A stretch of 64,000 nucleotides of DNA from Gemmatimonadaceae bacterium (GCA_045803545.1 JBJMOW010000002.1:416001-480000), one strand, 5' to 3'; shown: positions 18,121-28,072, counted from the first letter of the stretch. Translations and numbers: made by a program. Notes: a model not told the origin generated them from the letters alone.

Positions 18121-19422
18121 ATGCCAGCTAAGTACTCACGTATCTCGGAGTTACCGTCCAGCTCCGGTCAGACCGTTCGCATCCGCGGATGGGTAACTCA
18201 CGTACGCTCGTCCGGAAAAGTCGCCTTCGCTGTCATACGGGACGGAACAGGTATAGCGCAGGCTGTTTTTGTAAAAAGTGTGGTCAGTCCCGAAACGTGG
18301 GATGCTTTTGCCCGACTGACGCAGGAGACGTCTGTCGACATCGAAGGCGACGTCAGGGCTGACGCCCGCTCGCCGGGCGGGTATGAGATTTCGGTGAAGG
18401 CCATGTCTGTGGTTGGCGAGAGTCCAATCGACTATCCGATCCAGCCAAAGGAGCACGGGATCGATTTTCTGCTCGATAACCGACACCTCTGGCTGCGCTC
18501 TCCGCGTCAGCGTGCGATCGCAAAAATTCGCGCCGAAGTTGAGCAGGCGATTCACGATTTCTTCTACGAGCGCGATTTCACTCGCGTTGATACTCCGATT
18601 CTGACGGGTGCGATCGGCGAGCGTAGCGGGTTGTTCGAAACGGAATATTTCGACGAAGGCAGCGCCTACCTGGCGCAGACGGGACAGCTCTATGGCGAGG
18701 CCGCCGCTGCCGCGCTCGGCAAGATCTACTGCTTCGGTCCAACGTTCCGCGCAGAGAAGTCAAAAACCCGGCGCCATCTCACAGAATTCTGGATGATAGA
18801 ACCCGAGGTCGCATTCAACGACTCGGATGACAACATGCGGCTCCAGGAGGATTTCGTCTCCTACATCGTCGCGCGCGTGCTGGAGCGCCGACAGCCGGAG
18901 TTGAAAGAGCTCGAACGCGACACATCCAAGCTGGAAAGCATCAAGCCACCCTTTCCGCGCATCAATTACACCGAGGCAGTGAAGATTCTTCAGCAGAAGG
19001 GGAGCTCTGTAAAATGGGGAGATGACCTCGGTGCCGAGGATGAGTCACTGCTTGTAGAAGGTCACGACCGACCGGTATTCATCTTCAACTATCCCAAGCA
19101 AGCGAAGGCGTTCTACATGAAGGAAAATCCAGAGGATCCGCGCACAGTGTTGTGTGATGATCTACTGGCTCCCGAGGGGTACGGCGAGATCATTGGCGGA
19201 TCGCAGCGCGAGGATGACTACGACAAGCTGGTGGCGCGTATCAAGGAAGAAGGCCTGCCCATGGATTCGTACGGCTGGTACCTGGATTTGAGGAAGTACG
19301 GCACCTTCGTGCACGCCGGCTTTGGTCTGGGCCTGGAGCGAACAGTCGGCTGGATTTGCGGAATTCATCACATCCGCGAAGCGATTGCGTTTCCGAGGAC
19401 GATGAACCGCTTGCGCCCCTGA
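18121..19422 (+). CDS. asnS: Asparagine--tRNA ligase
   Basis: OB-fold N-terminus, YLAQTGQLY, motif 2 FRAEKSKTRRHLTEFWMIEPE, GEIIGGSQRE, motif 3 GLGLER. Confidence 0.95.
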   Translation: MPAKYSRISELPSSSGQTVRIRGWVTHVRSSGKVAFAVIRDGTGIAQAVFVKSVVSPETWDAFARLTQETSVDIEGDVRADARSPGGYEISVKAMSVVGESPIDYPIQPKEHGIDFLLDNRHLWLRSPRQRAIAKIRAEVEQAIHDFFYERDFTRVDTPILTGAIGERSGLFETEYFDEGSAYLAQTGQLYGEAAAAALGKIYCFGPTFRAEKSKTRRHLTEFWMIEPEVAFNDSDDNMRLQEDFVSYIVARVLERRQPELKELERDTSKLESIKPPFPRINYTEAVKILQQKGSSVKWGDDLGAEDESLLVEGHDRPVFIFNYPKQAKAFYMKENPEDPRTVLCDDLLAPEGYGEIIGGSQREDDYDKLVARIKEEGLPMDSYGWYLDLRKYGTFVHAGFGLGLERTVGWICGIHHIREAIAFPRTMNRLRP

Positions 19423-19454
19423 TTTTGCAACGATGGTCTCTGTAGGAGAGTCGA

Positions 19455-19772
19455 ATGGGTTTTGATCAATATCACGAGCCGCCGGATGAACTCTCTCCAA
19501 AGACGCGGACTTTTGCGCGCATGATCGCCTCGCTGATCGAGGAGGCGGAAGCGATCGGCTGGTACGAGCAGCGTTTGGCGGTCGAACAGGACAAGGAGGC
19601 GCGGGCGATCATGCGCAACGCTCAGCACGAGGAATTCAAGCACTTCGGAATGGACCTCGAGTTTCTACTGCGGCGGACTCCTAAATGGCGCGAGACGCTC
19701 AAGGGGATTCTGTTCAAGTCGGGCGACATCGTCGAGCACGCCGAGGAGGCGGAGGAAGAATCGGACGACTAG
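19455..19772 (+). CDS. Encapsulated-ferritin-like (EncFtn/Flp-type) small ferritin-like protein
   Basis: HEP..L, SLIEEAEAIGWYEQR, EEFKH..MDLEFL.R, KW...L...LF..GDI match the EncFtn pattern; AGGAG SD. Confidence 0.8.
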   Translation: MGFDQYHEPPDELSPKTRTFARMIASLIEEAEAIGWYEQRLAVEQDKEARAIMRNAQHEEFKHFGMDLEFLLRRTPKWRETLKGILFKSGDIVEHAEEAEEESDD

Positions 19773-19814
19773 CGACACTGGCGCTTTTCATCTCGGGAAC
19801 AGACTTTAACTGAC

Positions 19815-20183
19815 ATGATGGTACTCTCTTCACTGCGCCCCGACGCGAGTATTGTCGAGTATCTCGAGCACCGCGCACGCGCGGAATCGCTGCGCGGGCT
19901 CGTCGCGCGGAGTCTGCTGGCGCTTGCATTCGTGATTGGTGGACTTGGCCCGATTCCGGTAGGCAAGCCAATCGTCGTTAGCCTCGCCTTCACCTACTTC
20001 TGTTATGCAGTCTGGGGTTTGCTGGACCGCGCCCGCTCCCGTTCTCAGAACGGTCGCTCGAGCTTCAGCGTCAGCGTGTTGAGCTTTCTGTGCACATTTT
20101 TCGTATGGCTCGGCGTGCTCTCCGGGATTGGTTTCCTGATGTCCCTCGGCTTTATGCTGCTGGGCGCACCCTGGATCCTTTGA
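19815..20183 (+). CDS. Hypothetical membrane protein (about 3 TM segments)
   Basis: Fills the gap between two + strand genes; three hydrophobic stretches. Confidence 0.55.
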   Translation: MMVLSSLRPDASIVEYLEHRARAESLRGLVARSLLALAFVIGGLGPIPVGKPIVVSLAFTYFCYAVWGLLDRARSRSQNGRSSFSVSVLSFLCTFFVWLGVLSGIGFLMSLGFMLLGAPWIL

Positions 20184-20190
20184 GGCGTTA

Positions 20191-20778
20191 GTGGGACAGC
20201 GTGATCCCCGAGTCGATGCCTATATCGCAAAGTCCGCCGAGTTTGCGCGCCCCATCCTCGATCATGTCCGCGAGATCATTCACGACGCGATCCCCGAGGT
20301 CGAAGAAGACATCAAATGGGGCGCGCCGTTCTTCAATCATCAGGGCGTGATTTGCGGAATTGCGGCGTTCAAACAGCACTGCGCGATCAACATGTGGAAG
20401 GCGTCGCTGATTCTGGGCGAGAAGCAGAGAGATTCTGCGGGGCACTTTGGACGAATTACGAGACTCTCGGATTTGCCAGCCGACGCGAAGTTGAAGGCTT
20501 ATTTCGAGGAGGCTGCACGGCTGAACGAGAGCGGCGTCAAGCAGCCACGCGCGAAGAAGCCCGCCGCGACACTGAAAGTTCCTCGCGAGCTACAACAGGC
20601 GTTGAAGTCGAATAAGAAGGCCGCCAGCGCGTTCGAGAGATTTCCGCCGAGCCACAAACGCGAGTACGCGCAATGGATTGCCGAGGCAAAGGGCGAAGAC
20701 ACTCGCGCACGCAGGGTGAAGACGGCGATCGAGTGGATTGCGGAAGGAAAGGGGCGCAACTGGAAATACGAGAGGTAG
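20191..20778 (+). CDS. YdeI/OmpD-associated family protein (DUF1801 N-domain)
   Basis: DPRVDAYI, EEDIKWGAPFF, FKQH, PPSHKREYAQWIAEAK...TRARR. Confidence 0.85.
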   Translation: MGQRDPRVDAYIAKSAEFARPILDHVREIIHDAIPEVEEDIKWGAPFFNHQGVICGIAAFKQHCAINMWKASLILGEKQRDSAGHFGRITRLSDLPADAKLKAYFEEAARLNESGVKQPRAKKPAATLKVPRELQQALKSNKKAASAFERFPPSHKREYAQWIAEAKGEDTRARRVKTAIEWIAEGKGRNWKYER

Positions 20779-20790
20779 GCTTAATCGGCG

Positions 20791-21591
20791 TTAGTCCCCG
20801 CCAGTCGTACGGACCTCAGAGCCTTTCGCTTCCTCCCACATTTCGTCCAGCTTCTCGAGTCCTGCGTGGGTAACATCTATCCCGCGCTCTTTCGCCATGC
20901 GTTCCACACTCTGAAATCGCTTTTCAAATTTCGCGTTAGCCTTGTCGAGCGCGATGGACGCATGCACCCCTGCTTTGCGACAGAGATTCACCACCGCGAA
21001 CAGCAGGTCGCCTAACTCCTCCTCCAGCGCATAATGTTTTTCATCGAGAACCGGCGGACCCCCTCGCTTCGCTTTCGGCATTCTCTCCAGCTCCGCACGG
21101 ACCTCGGTCAGCTCTTCCTCGACTTTTTGCGCGGGGCCGTCGACGTCGGGCCAATCAAAGCCAACACCCGCGGCGCGATCCTGCAGGCGATGCGCGCGGT
21201 GCAGCGCCGGCAGGCCGGACGCCAAACCGTCGGAGATGCTCTTCCGATTCTTTGATTTCATTCGCTCCCACGGCTCGCGCGCCGAGTCGCCGTAGAGGTG
21301 AGGATGGCGGCCCTTCATCTTGGCAATCAGTCCAGTCGCCACATCACCGAAGTTGAATGCGCCGCGCTCTTCCGCGAGCACCGAATGAAAGAGCACCTGC
21401 AGCAGAAGATCGCCGAGCTCCTCCCGCATCAACTTGTCATCCTGCGCGAGGATCGCGTCATCGAGCTCGTGGGACTCCTCGATCAGATAAGGCCGAAGAG
21501 TCTCGTGATTCTGCGCGGCGTCCCATTCGCAGCGCGCGCGCAAATCGCGCATCAACGCCAGTGTATCGTCGAGGAAATGCGTTTCAGTCAT
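20791..21591 (-). CDS. mazG: Nucleoside triphosphate pyrophosphohydrolase MazG
   Basis: CEWD, EESHEL...EELGDLLLQV, RHPH, GFDW, second EELGDLLF domain. Confidence 0.93.
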   Translation of the reverse strand: MTETHFLDDTLALMRDLRARCEWDAAQNHETLRPYLIEESHELDDAILAQDDKLMREELGDLLLQVLFHSVLAEERGAFNFGDVATGLIAKMKGRHPHLYGDSAREPWERMKSKNRKSISDGLASGLPALHRAHRLQDRAAGVGFDWPDVDGPAQKVEEELTEVRAELERMPKAKRGGPPVLDEKHYALEEELGDLLFAVVNLCRKAGVHASIALDKANAKFEKRFQSVERMAKERGIDVTHAGLEKLDEMWEEAKGSEVRTTGGD

Positions 21592-21666
21592 AGCGTGCCG
21601 AGGCAGTGGTACGTTTTCTTTATGTCGAGTCTCGGAGCAGACACGAGCAACATAACCTAGCAGATA

Positions 21667-22749
21667 ATGAGCCCTCCCTTGTTACGCGGACGCGTTGAGA
21701 TCGATCTCGGCGCAATCCAGCGAAACGCAGCGACTGTTGCGCGTCGTGCTGGCGTGCCGCTGCTGCCGATGGTCAAGGCCGACGCGTACGGACTCGGTGT
21801 CAAAGAGGTCGTGGCTGCACTCGAATCGATTGACCCGTGGGGCTATGGCATCGCGAGCGTCGAAGAGGGAGTGGAGCTCCGCGATGTTGGGGTGACCAGG
21901 CCGATCCTCGTGTTCACGCCGTTGCTCGAGCCCGACTTGAAACGCGCGCGGGTCGCGAAGCTGACTCCAACGTTGGGCTTTGCCGACGAGATCGAAGCCT
22001 GGCGACGCGCCGGAGGCGGGGCCTGGCACTTCGCGATCGATACCGGCATGAGCAGAGCAGGAATTCCGTGGCGCGAAGTTCAACGGGTGCGACAGTTACT
22101 CGAGGTGATGCCACCCGAAGGCGCCTTCAGCCATTTTCACTCGTCAGAGCTGGACAATGGTACGATGGCCGCTCAGGAGAAGCTGTTTCGCGAAGCAATC
22201 GCATCGCTGCCCTCACGGCCTCCGCTTCTTCACACCGCCAACAGCGGCGCGATCGCGCGGCAAGGTCGGAGTCCGTGGGATCTGGTGCGTCCCGGCATTT
22301 TTCTCTACGGCGTCGGTAGTGGGCGCAGCGCGGCGATTCAGCCTGAGCCCGTTGTCCATTTGCGGGCACCGATCGTCGAGATCAGAGATCTGCAACCGGG
22401 AGATACCGTCAGCTACGACGCGACGTTTCGGGTGGACCGCCCGGCACGAATTGCGACGACCGCGGTCGGTTACGCCGATGGGTACCCCCGCGCTCTCAGC
22501 GAAGCCGGATCGGTTCTCGTAAATGGTGCATTGGCCCCGGTCGCCGGCAAAGTGACGATGGACATGACGATGGTGGACGTGACTACGATCAAGTGCGCCA
22601 TCGGCGACACCGTGACCTTGATCGGACGCGCTGGCGATACGGTGTTGACAGTGGAACGGGTCGCAGATGACGCGGGAATGTCGCCGTACGAACTGCTAAC
22701 AGGACTTCGGTCGCGGGCCCAGCGACTGTACACAGGAAGACGAAACTGA
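21667..22749 (+). CDS. alr: Alanine racemase
   Basis: PLP-lysine motif MVKADAYG, DTGMSR, RPGIFLYG, GYADGYPR, GKVTMD. Confidence 0.96.
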   Translation: MSPPLLRGRVEIDLGAIQRNAATVARRAGVPLLPMVKADAYGLGVKEVVAALESIDPWGYGIASVEEGVELRDVGVTRPILVFTPLLEPDLKRARVAKLTPTLGFADEIEAWRRAGGGAWHFAIDTGMSRAGIPWREVQRVRQLLEVMPPEGAFSHFHSSELDNGTMAAQEKLFREAIASLPSRPPLLHTANSGAIARQGRSPWDLVRPGIFLYGVGSGRSAAIQPEPVVHLRAPIVEIRDLQPGDTVSYDATFRVDRPARIATTAVGYADGYPRALSEAGSVLVNGALAPVAGKVTMDMTMVDVTTIKCAIGDTVTLIGRAGDTVLTVERVADDAGMSPYELLTGLRSRAQRLYTGRRN

Positions 22750-23912
22750 AGCGAGCGGCAATCATAGTTCTGGACGGCGTCGGAATTGGCGAAGCACCAG
22801 ACGCCGGCGAGTACGACGACCTCGGCAGCGATACACTCGGCAACGTCGCGCGCGACGTTGGCGGCCTCAAGCTGCCCCGGCTTGAGCGGTTTGGCCTGGG
22901 CAACATCAAACCACTGATGGGAATGGCCGCCCGCGGGGACGCCGCGGGCGCGTGGGGAAGCATGCGCCCAGCGTCCGCGGGAAAGGATAGTACGAGCGGG
23001 CATTGGGAGATCGCCGGCGTTCACCTCGAGCGCCCGTTTCCAACCTATCCGAACGGATTTCCTGAGAAGCTGCTCGAGCATTTTTCGCGGAAAACTGGCC
23101 GAACCATCATCGGCAACGTCGTCGGCAGCGGGACGGATGTGATCGACCGTTACGCGGAAGATCAGCGTCGCACCGGGGGCTGGATCGTTTACACCTCCGC
23201 GGATTCCGTCTTTCAGATTGCAGCAAACGAAGATGTAATCCCGCTGGCCGAGCTCTACGCAGCGTGCGAACAGGCGCGGGCGATGCTGGTTCCACCGAAC
23301 GACGTGTCGCGCGTCATTGCGCGGCCGTTCGTCGGTGAGCCGGGCGCTTACCAGCGGACATCAAATCGTCGCGATTATTCGATCGCCCCACCGTCCGAGA
23401 CGTTGCTCGACGCGCTCGCAAGCGCGGGAATTCCTCGATCGGGAGTCGGCAAAGTCGACGATTTATTCGCTGGCCGCTCGATCACCTCGGCACACACTGC
23501 GTCCAATGCTGATGGAATAGCCCTCATCAAACAGTGGCTGGGGAGCGCGGAAAGTGGGTTCCTGTTGGCCAACCTAGTAGATTTCGACCAGCAGTTTGGG
23601 CACCGCAACGACGTTGCGGGGTTTTATGGTGCGCTACGCGAATTCGACGCGGCCATACCCTCCCTTACATCGCGACTCCGAGAGGATGATCTGATTTTCA
23701 TTACTGCCGACCACGGCAACGATCCAACTACGCCTTCGACGGATCACGCCCGTGAGTGTGTGCCGCTATTGGCCGGCGGGATGCGTGTAGTGCCTCGCGA
23801 TCTCGGGGAGCGCCCGACCTTTTCGGATCTCGGCGCGACCGTTGCGGAATGGTTTGGCCTTTCTTTTCGGGGGCGCGGCAACTCGTTCCTCGCCGAGCTG
23901 ATCGTTCGATGA
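22746..23912 (+). CDS. deoB: Phosphopentomutase (probable CTG start)
   Basis: In-frame extension upstream of the ORF-track start reads (M)KRAAIIVLDGVGIGEAPDA, the DeoB N-terminus. Also GKDSTSGHWE, NLVDFDQQFGHRND, TADHGNDP, DHARE. Confidence 0.93.
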   Translation: MKRAAIIVLDGVGIGEAPDAGEYDDLGSDTLGNVARDVGGLKLPRLERFGLGNIKPLMGMAARGDAAGAWGSMRPASAGKDSTSGHWEIAGVHLERPFPTYPNGFPEKLLEHFSRKTGRTIIGNVVGSGTDVIDRYAEDQRRTGGWIVYTSADSVFQIAANEDVIPLAELYAACEQARAMLVPPNDVSRVIARPFVGEPGAYQRTSNRRDYSIAPPSETLLDALASAGIPRSGVGKVDDLFAGRSITSAHTASNADGIALIKQWLGSAESGFLLANLVDFDQQFGHRNDVAGFYGALREFDAAIPSLTSRLREDDLIFITADHGNDPTTPSTDHARECVPLLAGGMRVVPRDLGERPTFSDLGATVAEWFGLSFRGRGNSFLAELIVR

Positions 23913-24331
23913 AGCGCACATCTGAAAACCAAGCCACCTCCCCGTTGAAGGAGGCGGCTCTTCGCGCGCTGGACAACGCGTATGCGCCGTACTCGAACTT
24001 CCGGGTTGGTGCGGCATTGCGCACCCGCCGCGGGGAGATCGTCGTCGGCAGCAATATCGAGAATTCTGCCTACGGCCAGGCAATTTGTGCGGAAACCCTT
24101 GCCGTTGCCTCTGCTGTCTCACAAGGACTCAAGGACTTCGAGGAGATTGCAATCGCGACCGATGATCGGGAGCCGACTCCGCCCTGCGGAGCTTGCCGGC
24201 AGGTGCTAAGCGAATTCGCGCCGAACATCAGGGTGTCGAGTTACACTCGCAACGGCAAGGAAGCGGTGTGGTCACTGGGTGAGTTACTGCCGCACGCGTT
24301 CGTGCTCAACCATTCACGTGGAAGATCGTAG
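23909..24331 (+). CDS. cdd: Cytidine deaminase
   Basis: AYAPYSNFRVGAAL, NIEN, CAE, PCGACRQ; ATGA overlap with deoB. Confidence 0.93.
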   Translation: MKRTSENQATSPLKEAALRALDNAYAPYSNFRVGAALRTRRGEIVVGSNIENSAYGQAICAETLAVASAVSQGLKDFEEIAIATDDREPTPPCGACRQVLSEFAPNIRVSSYTRNGKEAVWSLGELLPHAFVLNHSRGRS

Positions 24332-25590
24332 TGAAGCTTTCGTCAATACTGTCACAAGTCGCTATCAGCGCGGCTTTGTTCGTTTCGATATCGTCTTGCT
24401 CCGAAAATCTGGACAGCTCCGGCGTCTGCGACGTCCTGTGTCCGCCGATCGGCGGCAGCGTCAAGACGGTGACCATCGACGCCGTGTTGGTAGACACCAC
24501 CGTGCAGGCGCTGTCAGGGCTCGGGACCGAGCCGGCGCTCTTGCTCGCCAATCGCGGCGACACCCTCGATACCCGCGTCGTCATTCGCTTCGACTCGCTG
24601 CCGCAGAAGTTCATTCCGAAGAGCGACACATCGCAGGATATCCTGAGCGTCGACAGCGCGTACATCCTGCTGCGCCTCGATACGCTGGATATCAAGGGCA
24701 GCGATGTCATAACGATCGAGGCCTACGACGTCGACACCACTGCGAACGACACATCGACCGCCGACGTGCTCGCGCTGTTCCGGCCTGACCGTTTTATCTC
24801 GTCGCAGACCTACGCCCGGTCCCAACTGACTGACTCGCTCAAGTACTACATCGACAACGCCACAGTTTTGTCGAAGCTGCAGAATGGCAAACCGCTCAGA
24901 ATTGGGTTGAGGGCTACAGGAAACTCGTCATCACAGCTGGTGTTCTTCTCAGCCGAGGGCGGGTCATCGCCGGTAATGTTTTTCCGCGCGACGCCGGACA
25001 CGGCGACGGCACCGCTGGCCGTCGTGCCGTTCTCGAGGACACCGACAAGCGAATCTCTCGTTGCCCAGCATCTGAGCGATTACACCATCATCGCAAAGGG
25101 ACCGCCCGAGGCACCACCAAGCGTCCTCTCAGTCGGTGGACTGCCGCCGCGCCGCGTGTACGTTCGCTTCGACATTCCCTCGATGATCATCGATTCGTCG
25201 ACTGTAGTGCGCGCGACGTTGCTACTCAATCAGATCCAGAATAATTCACTCGATCCAGGCGACACCATCCGTGTCGTACCGCAGGTCGTGCTTGCCGGAA
25301 CTGCAGTGACTGATCCGTCGAAGGCGGCGCAGATCATCGGCAACATTTCCGCGGACACGCTCAAGATCACCGCCGGGCACGCCGGCAACGTCGACGTTGA
25401 ATTGGCGAACGCGTTCACTCTATGGCGGACACAACAGCCGGACACGCTTCCGCGCGCAATTGTCCTCAAGTCAGCGGTCGAAGGCACGTCGGCGATCGAG
25501 ATGCGCTTCTCCTCGAGCGAAGACATCGCGGCACTGCGTCCTCGTTTGCGAATCAGTTACACTACGCGGGTTCCACTCGGACTTCCATGA
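24331..25590 (+). CDS. Hypothetical beta-rich lipoprotein
   Basis: GTG start overlapping the cdd stop; lipobox ISSC; long ORF in operon context. Confidence 0.7.
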   Translation: MKLSSILSQVAISAALFVSISSCSENLDSSGVCDVLCPPIGGSVKTVTIDAVLVDTTVQALSGLGTEPALLLANRGDTLDTRVVIRFDSLPQKFIPKSDTSQDILSVDSAYILLRLDTLDIKGSDVITIEAYDVDTTANDTSTADVLALFRPDRFISSQTYARSQLTDSLKYYIDNATVLSKLQNGKPLRIGLRATGNSSSQLVFFSAEGGSSPVMFFRATPDTATAPLAVVPFSRTPTSESLVAQHLSDYTIIAKGPPEAPPSVLSVGGLPPRRVYVRFDIPSMIIDSSTVVRATLLLNQIQNNSLDPGDTIRVVPQVVLAGTAVTDPSKAAQIIGNISADTLKITAGHAGNVDVELANAFTLWRTQQPDTLPRAIVLKSAVEGTSAIEMRFSSSEDIAALRPRLRISYTTRVPLGLP

Positions 25591-26783
25591 CGCGCTTCTC
25601 ACTAGTCGCCGCTCTGGCTTTCATATCGGCTTCCTCTGCTTACGCGCAGGGAGCGTTGAGCACACAAGGCCTGGGCTATCCGGCGGGCGAGATGAGCGCC
25701 CGCGCCGAGGGCACCGGCACTGGCGTCGCGGACTTCGACGCGCTGAGTCTCACTTCGCCGGCAGCCATCGCCGGCGTCGGGTCGGCCGCGGTCTACTTCC
25801 AGTATTCGCCGGAATTCCGTCGCGTCACTACGGTGGGTGGTCATGCAAGCACGACGACTGCGCGCTTCCCGGTCGTGCTCGGCGTACTGCCGATGGGTCA
25901 GTCGTGGACGCTCGGGCTGAGCTCCTCGACTTTTCTCGATCGCTCACTCGAGACAAGCCTGAATCGGAAAGAGGTGATTGGCGCCGACACCGACACCGTG
26001 GTCGTGACGGAGCGAAATAACGTGCTTGGCGCAATCAACGATATTCGATTGGCGCTGGCGTGGTCGGCCGGACCGGCGTTCCGCATTGGATTCGGTGGGC
26101 ACGTTTTCGCGGGCAGCAACCGGATCACGCTTTCGCAGCTCTATCCCGACAGCTCCAAGTACATCAGCAATGCGCAAGTCAACCGAATCAGTTATGCGGG
26201 CTTGGCGGCTTCAGTGGGACTCGAGTACCATCCTTCGCGAACGTTCGGGTTCGCGCTGGCAGCGCGCAAAGGCGGTGATCTGCGCGCGCAGTCGAACGAC
26301 ACGACCATTGGCAGCGGACGCCTACCGGATCACTATTCCGGATCGATTACGTACGAGGGACTTCCCGGCACGATTATCTCAGCCCGGCTGGCGCACGACT
26401 CCTGGAGCTCGCTGAGCACGTTGTCATCGACCGGTATTCAGGCTTTCGATGGTTGGGACGGTGGGTTCGGTATCGAGGCGAGCGGTCCGCGATTGCTGCA
26501 ACGCATTATCACCGTGCGCGCTGGTGCACGGTTCCGCACCCTGCCGTTCGGCGCGCCAGTCGTAACGCAGACCTGCGACGTCTCAGGCTTTTGTACGGTT
26601 GTGGTGTCTAGCACAACGGCCAGCAAGGTATCCGAGCGCTCCTTTGCGGCCGGACTTGGGATTCCGTTGACGCGGGATCGCGCAGCCCTCGATGTTTCCT
26701 TGCAGCGCGCAACTCGGGATGCTGGTACTAACGTGAAGGAGCGCGGTCTCATTTTGAGCTTCGGCCTCAGAGTATCGCCCTGA
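25587..26783 (+). CDS. Putative outer-membrane beta-barrel protein (FadL/OmpP1-like)
   Basis: Signal peptide ending AYA-Q, N-terminal SARAEGTG plug-like motif, alternating amphipathic strands; ATGA overlap. Confidence 0.6.
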   Translation: MTRFSLVAALAFISASSAYAQGALSTQGLGYPAGEMSARAEGTGTGVADFDALSLTSPAAIAGVGSAAVYFQYSPEFRRVTTVGGHASTTTARFPVVLGVLPMGQSWTLGLSSSTFLDRSLETSLNRKEVIGADTDTVVVTERNNVLGAINDIRLALAWSAGPAFRIGFGGHVFAGSNRITLSQLYPDSSKYISNAQVNRISYAGLAASVGLEYHPSRTFGFALAARKGGDLRAQSNDTTIGSGRLPDHYSGSITYEGLPGTIISARLAHDSWSSLSTLSSTGIQAFDGWDGGFGIEASGPRLLQRIITVRAGARFRTLPFGAPVVTQTCDVSGFCTVVVSSTTASKVSERSFAAGLGIPLTRDRAALDVSLQRATRDAGTNVKERGLILSFGLRVSP

Positions 26784-26784
26784 T

Positions 26785-27984
26785 ATGGCGGAATCGGCCA
26801 CGGCAAAGTCCGAGCTGATTCTCGTCGCCGACGACATTCCGGCAAACGTCGAGCTGCTACTCGATCAGCTCAATAGTCTCGGATACGAAACTACTACGGC
26901 GGTGGATGGTCCTTCCGCCGTTGCGGCCGCATTCGAAAGGCACCCCGACCTCTGCATCCTCGACGTTGCGATGCCGGCGGGCAATCTCGGTGTCGATGAC
27001 CGATCGACCGGCTTCGAGGTGTGTCGCCGAATCAAACGCGATCCGCGCACGTCGCGCATCCCGGTTATTTTCGTCACCGCGCTAAACGACACCAGCGACC
27101 GTGTCCGCGCCATCGAAGCGGGCGGCGATGATTTTCTGACCAAGCCGCACAATCGGCTCGTGCTTGGCGCGCGCGTCCGGAGTCTGCTCAAACTGAAGGC
27201 TGCGACGGACGCACTCGAGGACAGCCTGCGCAAGCTCCGCGAGCTCGAGAAGGTTCGCGACGATTTGATGAAGATGATCGTGCACGACCTCAAGACACCT
27301 TTGACGTCGGTGCTTGCCACCCTGGAGATGCTCTCGGACGGCGATTTCGGCGACGTGTCTATCAAACAGAAGGCGGCGATCGGCGACGCGGAGACTAAAG
27401 CCGAAGATTTGCTGGCGCTCATCGAGGACATACTGGAGGTTGCGCGGATCGAGGAAGCCACGATCTCGCTATCCCTCGGGCCCATCGCACCGGGCGCGTT
27501 GCTGGCGGAGTTGATTCACGAATGGGGGCACCGCTTCCAGCAGGAGCGGACGACAACCGAAGTCAACGTCGCCGATGATGCACCGGTGTTCAGTGGCGAC
27601 AAGAATCTGATCAAGCGCGTTTTTTCGAATCTCATTCAGAACGCCGTCGCGCACTCGTCACACCCGGTGCGCCTCGACCTCTCGGCACGGAAAGCTGGAC
27701 ATGGAGTCTTGTTCACCGTCAGTGACAACGGGCCGGGCATCCCGCCTGAGTACCACGAAGTGATTTTCAGAAAATTTGGTCAGGTCGAGATGCTGCGAAC
27801 GCCTCGCACTCGCAGCTCGGGCCTGGGCCTTACGTTCTGCAAGCTCGTGGTCGAGCGACACGGCGGTCGGATCTGGGTGAACAGCGCTGAGGGGAAGGGA
27901 AGCTCGTTCTACATCGAGTTGCCTGCTGATCCAGCTTACTTCGAGTCGACGGTGGGTGCAGGCGCGGGCGCAGCGCGAAGCTGA
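26785..27984 (+). CDS. Cytoplasmic hybrid response regulator/sensor histidine kinase
   Basis: REC domain (VADD, LDVAMP, KP) followed by HDLKTP, NLIQNA, DNGPGI, GLGL; no TM. Confidence 0.92.
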   Translation: MAESATAKSELILVADDIPANVELLLDQLNSLGYETTTAVDGPSAVAAAFERHPDLCILDVAMPAGNLGVDDRSTGFEVCRRIKRDPRTSRIPVIFVTALNDTSDRVRAIEAGGDDFLTKPHNRLVLGARVRSLLKLKAATDALEDSLRKLRELEKVRDDLMKMIVHDLKTPLTSVLATLEMLSDGDFGDVSIKQKAAIGDAETKAEDLLALIEDILEVARIEEATISLSLGPIAPGALLAELIHEWGHRFQQERTTTEVNVADDAPVFSGDKNLIKRVFSNLIQNAVAHSSHPVRLDLSARKAGHGVLFTVSDNGPGIPPEYHEVIFRKFGQVEMLRTPRTRSSGLGLTFCKLVVERHGGRIWVNSAEGKGSSFYIELPADPAYFESTVGAGAGAARS

Positions 27985-27992
27985 CCGATAAT

Positions 27993-28072
27993 TGTCCCGT
28001 CGCCTGAAGCGAATAGCTATTAGCTAGCTGCTATCGCTACCAGCGCGGTAGTTCGCTTCTAAGTTCGCAGTT
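27993..28072 (-). repeat. Second copy of the ftsA-ftsZ repeat arm (solo arm)
   Basis: Reverse complement matches 2200-2280 at about 74/81 positions, with the first 31 nt identical (AACTGCGAACTTAGAAGCGAACTACCGCGCT). Confidence 0.92.
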
